Positions 43,053-43,206 of a stretch of 43,206 bases of DNA are shown here, one piece after another. The stretch comes from a virus, in UHGV virus genome UHGV-1355782, one strand, 5' to 3'. The position numbers were made by a program, and so were the translations under genes. Numbering within the stretch: the stretch's first letter is position 1; each line of letters starts with the position of its first letter. The notes below the pieces were generated by a model. It worked only from the letters and a program-made list of their open reading frames with translations. It had not been told where the DNA came from and ran no database searches.

Positions 43053-43206
43053 ATGACCGACCGTGAATACGAAAAGATGATGGTGGAGGCCGTTAATAGC
43101 GGTGTAGACATTAGCCACGTGATGCACGTCCTGAATACTAAAATCGCGGTAGCTGAGCAAATGGTTGAGTCGCTTTATGAGACGCGCCGTGAACTGATTA
43201 ACCGCT
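43053..43206 (+). CDS. hypothetical protein, 3' end truncated by window
   Basis: ATG 43053, open to the end of the window. Confidence 0.3.
   Translation, partial: MTDREYEKMMVEAVNSGVDISHVMHVLNTKIAVAEQMVESLYETRRELINR

Noticed and set aside
1-43206. Searched for CRISPR repeat arrays, tRNA genes, integrase/attachment sites and a CI-type repressor
   Set aside because: No regularly spaced direct repeats, no cloverleaf-compatible tRNA-like segments and no tyrosine or serine recombinase-like ORF were found; the phage is therefore treated as virulent, with the caveat that the window may not be the whole genome

Overview
The 43.2 kb window (about 50% GC) reads as a near genome-scale slice of a tailed dsDNA phage of enterobacteria with siphovirus-type (T1-/Jersey-like) organisation. 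This assignment rests on gene order and protein motifs read from the sequence; no database search was run. The plus strand carries a run of short ORFs, then terS, terL, portal, Mu-F-like head morphogenesis, an overlapping i-/o-spanin pair, scaffold, major capsid, neck proteins, major tail protein, tail chaperone, tape measure, tail-tip proteins and a beta-helix tailspike. The minus strand carries the replication/recombination module: SNF2-like helicase, C5 cytosine methyltransferase, VRR-NUC nuclease, family A DNA polymerase, three HNH-AP2 homing endonucleases, a Cas4-like exonuclease and a primase-helicase. A divergent Cro-like switch region follows, then a plus-strand cluster of small early genes including an HslV-like peptidase, and the holin/endolysin genes. 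A five-gene antisense accessory island sits between the major tail protein and the tail chaperone. I found no integrase, CI-type repressor, tRNA or CRISPR array, so the phage looks virulent. The most notable non-coding signals are a duplicated promoter-proximal structured RNA element with a compensatory hairpin change, a 16-bp palindromic operator embedded in at least eight promoters, and repeated gene-junction sequences that give unrelated proteins identical C-termini. Gene starts were chosen by RBS and ATGA/translational coupling and are often internal to the supplied ORF-track entries.
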